From positions 132,426,525 to 132,490,524 of the forward strand of contig NC_068983.1 in the NCBI RefSeq assembly GCF_001194135.2: a stretch of DNA of 64,000 bases, read 5' to 3'. Each line of letters begins with the position of its first letter. Within the stretch, counting starts at the first letter, position 1. The position numbers were made by a program, and so were the translations under genes. This document shows positions 12,365 to 25,000 of this stretch, piece after piece. The stretch is from Octopus bimaculoides. Taxonomy: Eukaryota. The notes under the pieces are model-generated. The model saw only the letters and a list, made by a program, of their open reading frames with translations, searched no databases and had not been told where the DNA came from.

Positions 12365-12755
12365 AAGCAAGTTTCAAGAACTCATCGATGAAAATCCACT
12401 ATCACATATAGAAAAATTAACAATTAAAAGCAATTCTAGTAATAAAGTCCTTAATATTATTAATAAGTTTCAAAATATATTCCTATCTAGATGGGATGGG
12501 GATATCCTTCAAAGATGAATTCCAAAACAATGGCTCAATCTTACCTGTAAATTCCATAATCAACGAAAAATTGAAAGTTAAATACAAACAATAAACGTTA
12601 ATTATAAATTAGAAAATTATAAGAAAATTAGGGACAAAATCCAAATTTACAGGTAAAAACTCAATTAAAATCAATTTATAAAAAAATTAAAATTAAATTG
12701 AGCTTTATAGATCAAATAAGCTTATTCGAAGCTTATTCGAAGATTCCTATTGCCA

Positions 12756-12919
12756 TTGAATGCTCGGAATGAGGAGTAGATAGACAGCCGATAAGTTATG
12801 AAGGATTGTTTTTTATGTTACTTGTCCTGTTTTTAATTTTACCTCAAGTTGTCTGCGTAGTTAACTCGCTTGTTTTCGTATTTCGTGTTATTTAAAGTTG
12901 GTGATGTCCTGTACCCATA
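12756..12919 (+). repeat. Unclassified interspersed repeat; second copy at 29119-29285 in the opposite orientation
   Basis: gaggagtagat.gacagccga...gttgtctgcgtagttaact...gttttcgta...gttggtgatgtcctgta matches the reverse complement of 29119-29285. Confidence 0.7.
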
Positions 12920-13556
12920 AAGGCGTGTATATATATATATTATTTATTTTATTATTATATATGTATATATCTATGTATGCATGTATGTATGTACGTGTGT
13001 ATGTACATATGACAGACACATAAAAGCAAATGAATGAATGTGCGCATGTCTATGTTTTTTGTGCAAGTATTTATATACACACACACACACACGCACGCAC
13101 ACGCATAAACATACTGGTATAGGAATTGAAGCGATATCTTATGTGGCGTATAAATACTTTGAGATATAACATATTCTATTGTCATTTTTAACTGCATTTG
13201 TCGACATAAATGTTAAACATGTTATAGCCTCTACTCGTTTGCATCAGATTGTAAAACATGATTGAATTAGCGTTTTACTTCTAAAATCTGCGCATCTCAC
13301 GGGACATTGCTATAAACTTTCACTTCTGAGAAAGTAATGCGAGTCGTAAAGAGAAATTTAATCTCCCAATTGGTAACCTAACGCACACATTTATGACACC
13401 GCGGTTTACATTCGTTAATGGATATTTGTCACATTGGCAAATGTTTCACAGTTATTGCTAAATTGGTTGCGGTATGTTTCACCGTCCACTGACTTATAAT
13501 TAAATAAAAAAAAAACATAATAACTTCACCGCAAACGCTGCAACAAACACCACAAA

Positions 13557-13557
<1 letters not shown>

Positions 13558-13635
<78 letters not shown>

Positions 13636-14000
13636 ACTACTACTACTACTACCATTGCTGCTGCTGTTCTTGTTGCTGCTGCTACCACTAATACAATTGG
13701 TGCTGCTTCTGCTCTTTGTCTTTATATATTCTTTTTCCTGATCAAACCCTCTTGTTTTAATGCTATTCTGAAAATAGCTGCGCCATAATTTTACGCTTTT
13801 TTGTTCGATTGAACCCGGATGTATAAATGGCAAAATTGATGCCAGCAGAAACCGTGGTCGTGAGATAAATTTTTGGAACCAAACATTGCAAAGCAGTCTC
13901 ATTAATTGAATACCTATTATAGTAACTCTAGATCTAATTGATCTTACAGGATTTTCACAACGTGTTATTGCAAGATCACTACATGAATTTCCATTCTTGA

Positions 14001-14056
<56 letters not shown>

Positions 14057-14071
14057 TTAATAATAATAATG

Positions 14072-14120
<49 letters not shown>

Positions 14121-14162
14121 TAATAATAATAATAATAATAACAATAATAATAATAATAATAA
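13558..14162. repeat. Compound trinucleotide microsatellites (CTA)n(CTG)n ... (CTA)n(AAT)n around a unique spacer
   Basis: Visible directly. They account for the Ser/Ile/Val-rich ends of the 256-aa ORF. Confidence 0.9.
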
Positions 14163-14632
14163 AAGATCGGCCACACCAAATATTCTGTTCATAACGCAAA
14201 CTTGCTTATCATTTGTTTGACCTTAAGCAGTTGAGCATGTCCCTTAATAGTTAACGATATGTGCACATCTGATCATGAGCAGACGTAGTTGGGGAGCATC
14301 ATAGCCATGTGTTCAGAGGAGCTCTTTGGGTTTCGGTTATTTCACTTCTGGAAATATGGGTGTTTCGTTCAACATCCTTAAACAACCTTTAATCAGGGAC
14401 CTTTCGAGTGGAATGGGCTACTCGACCTCAAGAAAGTTTTAACTGGGTCCCACTTGCAAAGTCTTTCGTTGTTTATCTTGATATGAGATCACTGTGTCGC
14501 GCACATATGGTTGTGAAGCATGTGCCTGGTGTACCCTTATCAGACGGGTAGTCATGATGAGTATACTGGGTTTCGTATATTTTACCCCAATGTCGCGTTG
14601 ATGGCATGCACTGCTCTCTCACTCAATAATAA
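14163..14632 (+). mobile_element. ~470-bp GC-richer interspersed element embedded in (AAT)n, unclassified
   Basis: Preceded by a long (AAT)n and ends ctctctcactcaataataa. It resembles an abundant octopus repeat as I recall it. One copy in the window. Confidence 0.45.
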
Positions 14633-15204
14633 CCGCTACAATTTTATTTATATGGGATTTTATAAATAGATCGGGGACGCTACATGATTATGTAGCACAA
14701 TATGATGCGATATTGTATGGTGTGAGGAGGTGTATAAACAGTAAGATAACACAAACAAAAAAACAGAAACAAAATTCATGAATAGGGCAATACCTTTTCA
14801 TCTTCCCTGATGGATGAATAGGCGCATGCATCGGACAGACCTATTTGACTAGACCATTATTCCCAGTCTACTCACCTTTGAACAGGTGGGTGACTGTGGA
14901 TAGAAAGGTCCAAACTAGAAAGCAGCTCTTCCGTTTTTCCACTCTCTTGTCAGTTGAGAACAGGCGGTGTTCGACACTAGACTAAAAGCTAGTTTTGCTC
15001 GGGTGCTGGACGAATGCAAGCAGAACTGGTGGCATGGTTGATGGCATTCTCACATCGTATCCATTATTTACTATCTTAAACGTTTTTTGAGACAATCTGG
15101 CGATTGTGTTAATCGGCAGACTTGAGTTAATATAATTATTTCTAATGTAGATACAAGGTTAGTAATTTTAAAGGAGAGTAAGTCGTATTTGTCAGTTGTT
15201 CTAA

Positions 15205-15365
15205 CATTTTACGTTCTGTATTCAAATTTAACCGAGGTCGACTTTGCATTCTATTATCTGGTAGTCGATAAAATAAGCAACAAAATACCTCTTGGGTTGA
15301 TGTAATCGACCAGCTCCCTTTCACAAAATTCTAGTTTTTATGCCTATATTAGAAAGGATTATTAT
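15205..15365 (+). mobile_element. SINE family B fragment (ttctg.gttcaaatt...gaggtcgactttgc motif)
   Basis: Shares the B-box-like gttc/ttcaaatt and gaggtcgactttgc motifs with 30229-30355 and with the reverse complement of 60265-60340. Confidence 0.6.
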
Positions 15366-15487
15366 AATTTCGAAAATAAGTTTCTTAAATAAACCTTAAT
15401 CGATATGTAATACTGAAGTCGTTACGATACTTTAAGCCATGACTTTCGAAACAAAGACAATGAGTCTTTTTGTTTGTTTTGTTTTTT

Positions 15488-15533
<46 letters not shown>

Positions 15534-15610
15534 AGACGATAGCTTTCTAATGAAACATTGTAAGATATGGAGTTGTGAGAGTATAAAATCTATGGTAAGG
15601 ACTATAATTA

Positions 15611-15756
15611 TTATTTACATTATTTACAATTGACGGATATTTTTCCTCATCTTGTCTGTTGTTAACACAACGTTTCGGCTGATATACTCTCCAGCCTTTA
15701 TCGGGTGTCTTGGGGAAATTTCGAACCTGGTTTCTCATTCCTAAGGTATTTTTCGA

Positions 15757-15820
<64 letters not shown>

Positions 15821-15836
15821 GGTGTTGTTGTTGTTG

Positions 15837-15868
<32 letters not shown>

Positions 15869-15936
15869 GCGTTGTGGTTAAGAGCGCGGGTCACTAACTC
15901 CAAGATTCCGAGTTCGATTCCAGGCAGTGACCTGAA
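15611..15936 (-). mobile_element. Family H1 copy 2: tail and hammerhead on minus, tRNA head inverted on plus at 15869-15936
   Basis: 15611-15757 aligns with 2927-3075. The head gcgttgtggttaagagcgcggg...gagttcgattccaggcagtgacctgaa is in the opposite relative orientation to copy 1. Confidence 0.85.
15664..15709 (-). ncRNA. Minimal type I hammerhead motif, probably inactive (CUGAUGA changed to CCGAUAA)
   Basis: Minus strand reads GACAC-CCGAUAA-A-GGCUG-GAGAGUAUAU-CAGCC-GAAA-C-GU-U-GUGUU, with a perfect 5-bp stem II and an AACGUU palindrome. Confidence 0.7.
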
Positions 15937-16966
15937 CAAAAGAGAATGAAACGTTCGAGTATGGCATGTATTAGATTGCAGACGTGCTGGAGCTGAGCTC
16001 AGCCAGGGTCAAACATGTGTTCTTAAATGTAGCTTTCGGTTGCAATAATACATTAAAAGGATTGATTTATATTAGAAAATACATGGTAAAGTCACGATAA
16101 ACAAATACTAGCTTGGCCCTATTCTTTCTCAAATATATGACCATATACGAAGCTCTTAATTCAATAATTATAATAATGATAATAATAATAATTATTATTA
16201 TCATCATCATCATCATCATCATCATCGTCGTCGTCGTCGTCGTCGTCGTCGCTATCATCATCATCACCACCACCACCATAATCACATTATTTTTTATCAT
16301 CATCAATATTATTATTACGGCGATATGGTTCTGTTTGTTTTTCTGTATTATTGATTTTTGTTTTTGCTCTTTTGTGTAGATTCTTTGAAATTGTAAGTTC
16401 GTTCTTACTCCTAAAAGGAATGTTATAATTAACTCTCGCTATTAGCTAAGTTCGCAAAACATAAATATTCAAATTTAATGATTTCCTTTGTATTTAGTAT
16501 TTATTTGAGTGTATGAAAGTGGAATTCTTATACGACCACAAAATGATGGATTCGATCCCACTCCGAAGCAGCTTCAGTTACTGTTACTTTTTATAACCAC
16601 ATATTGGCCCTAATTATATCATTAAGCTGAGCAGGGGGAAACTGTATTGAAGCGTATTGTAATCGATAGGTTTTAGTTATCTCTGATTCTGCGCGAGAAT
16701 TACGTAAGCGAATCTATAGTATACCCATCCAATAACTAAGATGTCAGATCAGTTAAATTACCACAGTGGGCTGGCAGCAATCCTTCGTATGGTTACTGAA
16801 GAAACAGTGTGTGTGTGTAGTGTTGTTAGTTGTCCGAACATACGGGGTATCATCGAAAAAGACGTCTATAAATTTTACACGTTTTGAAAATGTGCCGTGT
16901 GTGAGCTCATAATATTTCCATAAACTAAAAATACAGTTTATATCCTTCTACAAATTCCCTGCCTGA

Positions 16967-16967
16967 A

Positions 16968-17059
<92 letters not shown>

Positions 17060-17060
17060 T
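16967..17060. repeat. Perfect 94-bp palindrome AT(ATT)15(AAT)15AT
   Basis: Counted directly: ATT x15 (16969-17013) and AAT x15 (17014-17058). Confidence 0.9.
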
Positions 17061-17915
17061 ATGTTTGAATTTTGCTTTGTTTTTGGTACAAGTTGACTCC
17101 AAGTTTCACCCAAAAACCTCAAGAGAGAACAAGTTAGAAGTTCAAGTTGGTATTATGCCTAGGGTGTGATATATTTGGTTTTGCACATAGTATTGTTCAA
17201 GGGAATGTTTAAGAAAGCATCAGATAATTATAAGTTTTGGGGTTTCCTGGTATCTGAGCTAGGTAGCAATCAGCCCCTTTTGCTATCATTCCTAAGGCAC
17301 CTATGACAACAGGTATTCTTTTAGTCTTGAGGTTTCACATTTTGCTAATTTTTATTTCAAGATATTTATACTTGCTCAGATTCTGGTAAGTCCTGGCAGA
17401 TACATTTATGTCGATTGGGATAGTCATATCAATGAGGAGGCATGATTTTTGTCCTCTTTCAATATAATGTCTGGCCTATACGCATCTGTCTTTCTGTCAG
17501 TTTGAATAGGGAAGTTCAAGAGGAGTGAGATGTGATCATTTGCAAGCACTGGGAGTGGTTTGTATTGCCACCAGTTTTTTTTCATGGGGCAGGTCCAAGT
17601 TTTTGCAAATTGCCCAGTGAATATACTGTGCTGCTCTATCATGCGTGTTGAGATACTCTGTAGGCGCAAGACTGCACATGGAGACACCATGGTCAATGGT
17701 TTCATTTTGTTGTTGACATACACATGTTGGGCTACTGCCGTTCTTTAATATGTTGCCCTGTTAGCTCCTTGTATGTAGGCATTGATTTTCGGCTGCTAAA
17801 ATAAACCCTTCTATGATTTTAAGGTAAAATAAACCCTTCTGTGATTTTAAGGTAAAATAAACCTTTCTGTGATTTTAAGCCAGAAGGCACTAACCATTAA
17901 TGGTTAAGTACTAAC
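17061..17915 (-). pseudogene. 3' part of an R4/Dong-type LINE (CCHC knuckle plus restriction-like endonuclease), degraded
   Basis: Minus translation: WLVPSGLK..FILAAENQCL...C..CQQQNETIDH...YIHW.IC...WWQYKP...PIQTDRK...RPDII...CLLIDMTIP...SKYKYLEI...IPVVIGALG. Confidence 0.85.
17797..17880. repeat. 28-bp tandem triplication inside the LINE fragment
   Basis: Unit taaaataaacccttct(a/g)tgattttaagg x3. Confidence 0.95.
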
Positions 17916-18035
17916 AATAGTAATTGGTGCACCTGGAAGTATCAGCTCTCGACTACCAACATAGCTGAAAAAGATTGGCGCGAGTGAGAAGGTAGATCAC
18001 CGACAAAAATCAGCATTGCTTGGAACTGCTTAGCC
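17908..18035 (+). pseudogene. Short C-terminal fragment of another RLE-type LINE
   Basis: Translates TIVIGAPGSIS..LPT*LKKIG...VDHRQKSALLGTA, matching the typical IVIGALG...QKSALLGT end. Confidence 0.6.
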
Positions 18036-18039
18036 TGCT

Positions 18040-19578
18040 GGCTGTGGACAGGTGACTCTTTCCATCATACCCAGAAAATTAAGCTGTGAATTTTCCTATA
18101 ATGATAACAATATCACACTAGATAACACAAATGCTATAAGAGAATTAGATCAAAGCCAGCCATACAAATACTTAGGAATCAATGAACTAGATACGGTAAA
18201 ACCCATGCAAATGAAAGAGATGATAACGAAGGAATACTATTGACAAGTTAGATTAATACTTAAAACAGAGCGCAATGCGAAAAACAAGATAACAGATAAC
18301 AACACTTTAGCTGTCACAGTTATGTTACAGCTACAATATTCTTAATTAGACCCTAAATGAACTAACCACATTAGACAGGAAAACAAGAAAAATACAGAAT
18401 TTAGGATGCACCACCGTAAATCTGACATAGAGACACCGAAAATATAACGAATTCAAGACGGTAGAGGCATTATATAACTAGAAACCTTTTATGAAATAAC
18501 CACCATACGACTATAGAAATACGTAATTCAGAAGCAAGGAAAGCCGAAAATACGGGCCAAACAAAAGACTATGTTCTGGCTTTAACGAAGATGAAAAATA
18601 CAAGTGAGATGTCATAGTACCTCACATCTATGAAGAAAAAGAGGAAACAACAAAATTTGTAAAACAAGTGATATACAAACTAAGACTGCAACAACAAAGT
18701 AACATGATAAAACAATGGAAAGAAAAGCCCTTACAGAGCAAATATTGGGATAAGGTAAACATAAAAGAAATGGACAAACCAAACTCCCAACAATAGCTGA
18801 GAAGCTCAGTAGTCAAAGCAGTGACTGAAGGATTTCTAATAGCAGCACGAGATCAAAACCTCTCCACCAGAAATCAACAGAAACAGATAATGAATAAAAA
18901 TACAGCAAGTCCCTTCAGATTATGTGATGATGGGGAAGAAACAATAAACCATTTTGTCTCTGGCTGCCCAGTCCTGGCTAAGAAGGAATATATCCGCAGA
19001 TATATGAGAGGTGGGACCTATATACACTGGAAGATATGCTGATATTATGGAATGACAACAAATAAAGATGGTATAGGCACAACCCGGATTAGGTCTCAGA
19101 AAATGACAAAGCAACCGTACTTTGGGATATGCCAATACACACAGATTGAGAAATCTAGGCTAATATACCGGATAGAGTTATCACCAAAAATGCCTTCTAA
19201 TCGACGTAACAACAACAGCCGATGACAATGCATCTATAATGGAGAAACGGAGAAACTCTCAAAATACAAATATCTAGAGACGTAACCCGAATGTGGTGCT
19301 TAAAACTAGAAACAGTCCCTATAATGATAGGTGTATGGTGTATAATAAAAAAAATGATTCAGACATATGCATAACCAAAACACCCGTAGTTACGAATGTA
19401 TATAACATACAGAAAATACACAACTAGGAACTGCGCACATCCAACGTAAAGGACTTTCCATACAGGGAAAATAAGAACACCACATCAAACCACAGTACAC
19501 ATCCAAGGGACAAAGAGCTGCGCTATCGAGCGCAGCAAAAGCACACAATAAAATAACACTACTGAACAATAATAATAA

Positions 19579-19609
<31 letters not shown>

Positions 19610-19610
19610 C

Positions 19611-19672
<62 letters not shown>
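18040..19672 (+). pseudogene. 5'-truncated R4/Dong-type LINE (RT thumb, CCHC knuckle, RLE) with (AAT)n tail
   Basis: QPYKYLGINE...KEYY*QVRLILKTE.NAKNK; TEGFLIAARDQNL...RLC.DGEETINHFVSGCPVLAKKEY...YIHWKIC; VLWDMPIHTD; CLLIDV; KLSKYK. (AAT)n tail at ~19565-19672. Confidence 0.9.
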
Positions 19673-19674
<2 letters not shown>

Positions 19675-21218
19675 CATAAATAGAAGCAAAAGCTAAGTGC
19701 ATTTGTCATTTCAACATTCGGCGATTTTGTTTGTTGTACTTCCATTTCCCTGAGAAGCTATTTACATATTTACTATCAAGTGTATTGATTTTAGATGATA
19801 TTTAACATGGTAGTTACTTGATTGATGTTTTCCAATTATGGAATTAATTGCTATACAATAGGTATTCTTTTACTATTGACAAAACTGAACAACGCTTCAT
19901 GTTTCCAATACGAAGTAAAAAGACAAATACTTTAAAAGATGACGTTCTCTAAGATGCTCCACTTCTGCACCCTTGGCAAAAAGATCGTAGTAGAAACGCT
20001 TACAAACAATGCAGAATCATATAGACTGCAAGGCAATATTTTACGGATGAAAGTGCGAAATATACAAAAGTTAGGACTATGTACCCCTTAGTAATTATGT
20101 TTAAGGATAATTTCAAGACCTTTCTGTAAATACCGTTTCAAATTAATGGTAGATTCTTCACGTAGATTGCTTATGTTCGTCATCTGTAAAGGTAATATTT
20201 GACAGTCTTACTACGTAATGTTTAAAAAAAATCAATATAAGTCAGAAATCAATCTCATTGACCATTCACTCCTCATAAAGCTATTCGTCGTATTATGAGT
20301 CATACTGCTTCAAATTGCTGAACCATTGACTTAGTTTGCATCAGAGTCGGAGTTATATACGCCAGTTCAAGATGTGCAGGATATATCATTCAGAAAGATC
20401 TTCGACCTTAGCCCCGGTACGATTTCCCTAAGAGCTGTAAAGGTAAGGGTTACTCTCCATTTGGAATATTAGAAGTCACTATAATATAAACGTAACTGTC
20501 TAGCGTTCATGAATATACTAAATCCGAGAATGCTAGACATAGCGAATTGTCAGCTGAAATGAATGTCATCCAGATGGGATAAGATATGTAAGAATACAAA
20601 TATATAAAAGAAACCTAGGCTAGTTTGTTTAAAACACCGTGAAACCAGTTGATAACGGCAGTATTGCAGTCGCATTTAGGTTGGAAGGATCGAATAGAGA
20701 CTTGTTTATTTACTCTCTAACGATTTTAGAAATGTTAATCAGTCAAAATTTAAGTTATAAAGAAAAGTAGATGTTTGTTATCTGATGGGTATGTAAGAGT
20801 GAGAAATAAGTTGCCTTCTGCAAGCTCTTACAATTCTCTGATTATTCATTTCATTGTATCCCATCAAGATCGCTTTCTTTTATATATATAGGAAATTTTC
20901 ACATGTGAGACTGTACTATGTTGTGGTACTTGTTTCACATATACTCCATATATTTATGCGAACATTGTGCATGCTTTCTATTGAGCCATTTCCATCTCCC
21001 TATCTCTCCGGATGCTTTTGTAGCACCATGTACACACACACAGGGTTTTGTGTGGTTTTGTGTCATAGGTAAACATTTATGTTGGAGGCCCACAACCATA
21101 ACTATAATACGCAACTATTTATATTCTAATAATGATTTGCGAAGAGGAGAGCAGTGTAACTATAATTTTATCATTATCATTATTAATCTATATTCGTGCT
21201 TCCGGGTGTATGTATGTA

Positions 21219-21256
<38 letters not shown>

Positions 21257-22030
21257 NNNNNNNNNNNNNNNNNNNNNNNNNNNNNNNNNNNNNNNNNNNN
21301 NNNNNNNNNNNNNNNNNNNNNNNNNNNNNNNNNNNNNNNNNNNNNNNNNNNNNNNNNNNNNNNNNNNNNNNNNNNNNNNNNNNNNNNNNNNNNNNNNNNN
21401 NNNTATATATATATATATATATATATATGCATGCATGTATTTATGTATATGTGTATATATTCATACATACATATATACATAAAAACGCAGACAGGCGTAT
21501 TGGCAATCATATACAGGAGTATTATTGTGCTTCATTTTCGGTACTTTTGAATAAATAAGTATTAATTGGATCGGTATGTAAGTACGCATAATGTAACCGT
21601 ACATTACGAATCACAGAACATTACCGTCGCCACGAAAGAGATATCGATTTATTTGTATGCTTTGGTTCATCGTAGCGATTGAAAAAAAGTTGTTCTATGA
21701 GGTAGTTGGGGGATATTGGAGAACACGTCATGATGTTTCGCAAATGAATAGAATATTCGAATCACTTCTGAAAGCACAGTTGAATTTTGTCCTGTAATTT
21801 AATATTTGTCGTCGCATCATATAATTTTCAATAAAAGCATCGGAATACCAAATATGTGTTCCATTTCAATGAACTTATGCTTTTATTCATGCGTACACGC
21901 AGATATACACATAGAAGCACATACACATACATACACAAGCGAATTGATACACACATACTGATATAGATAAAGTTCTTCTTAATATAAATGTGTGTATGTG
22001 TGTCTGTGTGTATGTGTGTCTGTGTGTGTG

Positions 22031-22083
<53 letters not shown>

Positions 22084-25000
22084 TGGGTATAGCTATGTAC
22101 GTAAATATATCGATATCTCCGTTTATATATAGCATACATACAAAACAAATACATACATGCAATATATGTTCATTGCCATAAAGATACAAACTGAAACTCC
22201 ATACGTTTTTTGGAATTCACTGCTATAAAATAGACAATGAAACAATATTTTGATTACTATTTAGTAAAATTAAAACACGCTACATAAGTTGATAGGGCAA
22301 ATGAATACGTTCGATTTTCGAAATCATGCTGCAGAGGAAGTATAATAAATTGAAACTTTATATTCAATAGACTTAAATATATACATAAATAGAATTATTA
22401 TGCACAAACGCTCCTTAGTCTCTCTTCAACTTGCTCTCCGAATTGTTAATCAGAACATGCTTTATTGCCGAATCATCTTCGAAGAGCATAATTACAAATG
22501 CACCGCTAATTTAAGTACAAGAAATATCGACAAGAATAAGAAATATCTGGAAGGATCATGCGATTCTGGTGCGGCAATATAGTACGTGTTGGATCGAAAT
22601 TCATTTGATGAAATAGAGAAATGAGGAGAGCGCTAATATTGGTTTCTTAAGAACCGGTTTGGTATTGATTTCTAGCATATTTTCAAACCAACATTTCTTA
22701 TTGCTGATAGAGCTCAGGTAGATCATTCGCGCTACTTTATTTGCTTTCTTTAATCTTTCTTGGAAGAATGAAAATCGAATTGTCAGCAGGATTAGAACAC
22801 AAGACGTAAGATCGTAATTATATACTGCAAAATCGTGCATTCCGTCACATAACTCAAGCTTAATATGCATCTCTAACAAAAATACAAAACAACATCACTT
22901 GATTAATTGATTCCAAGTGGTTAATGTCAGAAAGCATGCCGGGGTTAATATAATACCGCAGCAAAAAATAATGAGTAGAGAACTTAAAATTATATATACC
23001 AAAAAGTTGAGGATATAATTGTTAAAATTATTAAATCAGTGGCTAGCGTATAAAAGCCACCATATCCGTAAAATTTAATGTTTAAGTATATACTTATGAA
23101 AATATAATTATAATTACGAGTGCTGGAGTGCCAACGCCTACACGCTAGAAGCAGATGTCAAATTTCTACAAATCACTCTAAATATATTCTGTATTTTATT
23201 ACAATGCAAGGCCGAATGCGAGGTAATGGGCAAGAAGATTCACAAAAATTTCGGATGACTCTATATATTAAGATTACGTGTTCTGTAATAAAAACACAAC
23301 TTTGCACTCTTCATTAGAGATACACTGATAGTATATAAGCGATAATTATAATCATATATTTAAAAATTAATTTTACGCATTTTGTTGTTTTCATACGCTA
23401 GCCAATGAGTTAATCAATTTAATGAACCTTGGTATTACAGCAAATCGGTGAATGCAATGATTGTGTTCTAGGTATTAGCGACGTATTCCGCTATGATTGA
23501 CACACGAATTACTATCAAAACTTCATATTCACGTACCTTAGTCACGCGATTCATCACTTTCTTATCTGAATTTAGTCATTTGACATGTGATAACGTAGAT
23601 TTTGTAATCTTACGATCAACACTGCAGTGCTTCACAGTTCATTACGTTACCCTCTCTGTAGCAACTAATTGTGACTAAAGTTCTTTTGGTCACGTTTAAC
23701 AATACCTATTCTTATTCAAATGACCAAATGACATTGCTCTTCACTCTTTTCTAACGCTTTCCGACCATATCTCACATGAAACTTAAATACTATAAACAAA
23801 ACCTGACTGATTTTATGATTTGATTTTTCTGTATACTAACTTCTTTATATGTTCATGCAAACAATATTTCATGCAGAGTGGGCCATTTTCCGATTGGTAT
23901 TGAATTTTCGGGCAGATTCAAAGAATATAGCTCTAGTAAAATGGATTGAAGCACATTATGTCGTCTTCAGTTTTGAGTTCAGTATATTTGTCATTGATTT
24001 TCTATGAAACCAATGGTTCTTGCCTTTTAACTGAATACTTTGATTTGCATTATCAGTAGAAAGAAGCCTATATTATACATGTATAACCATCATATGAAAT
24101 GAAGCATATAACATTTCGGTAATACATAGTGCATAGCTTATGTCTTTATAATGGACCCAAACTAAAATAAATATGCCATTGTCTTCACTTATGAACCCTG
24201 TTCGTACAAACTACATATATGTATATATATATATATATATATNNNNNNNNNNNNNNNNNNNNNNNNNNNNNNNNNNNNNNNNNNNNNNNNNNNNNNNNNN
24301 NNNNNNNNNNNNNNNNNNNNNNNNNNNNNNNNNNNNNNNNNNNNNNNNNNNNNNNNNNNNNNNNNNNNNNNNNNNNNNNNNNNNNNNNNNNNNNNNNNNN
24401 NNNNNNNNNNNNNNNNNNNNNNNNNNNNNNNNNNNNNNNNNNNNNNNNNNNNNNNNNNNNNNNNNNNNNNNNNNNNNNNNNNNNNNNNNNNNNNNNNNNN
24501 NNNNNNNNNNNNNNNNNNNNNNNNNNNNNNNNNNNNNNNNNNNNNNNNNNNNNNNNNNNNNNNNNNNNNNNNNNNNNNNNNNNNNNNNNNNNNNNNNNNN
24601 NNNNNNNNNNNNNNNNNNNNNNNNNNNNNNNNNNNNNNNNNNNNNNNNNNNNNNNNNNNNNNNNNNNNNNNNNNNNNNNNNNNNNNNNNNNNNNNNNNNN
24701 NNNNNNNNNNNNNNNNNNNNNNNNNNNNNNNNNNNNNNNNNNNNNNNNNNNNNNNCATATACATATTCAACATTCATGATTCACTATCTTGCGTAAAGAT
24801 TATAAGAGAATGTGTAGCATTATTGAATAATGCTACAGAAAATTAGCATAAATTAGTGCGCCCCATATTTGAACAGAATTCATAAATTGGATCCATAACG
24901 TTCTCTACTTTTCACATGTGGTCGACCGATAAACAGGTGAAAATCATTCGACTGCGTCGCCGTGGACATCTAATTGGCACCTAGTTATTGATTGAAAAGT

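Noticed and set aside
13429-14199. 256-aa minus-strand ORF, the longest non-N ORF
   Set aside because: Both ends are microsatellite. The ~95-aa unique middle matches nothing I recognise and has no convincing splice signals.
14878-14980. Minus-strand segment ending in a good donor (aag|gtgagt), open for about 33 codons
   Set aside because: No recognisable product, and several acceptors are equally plausible.
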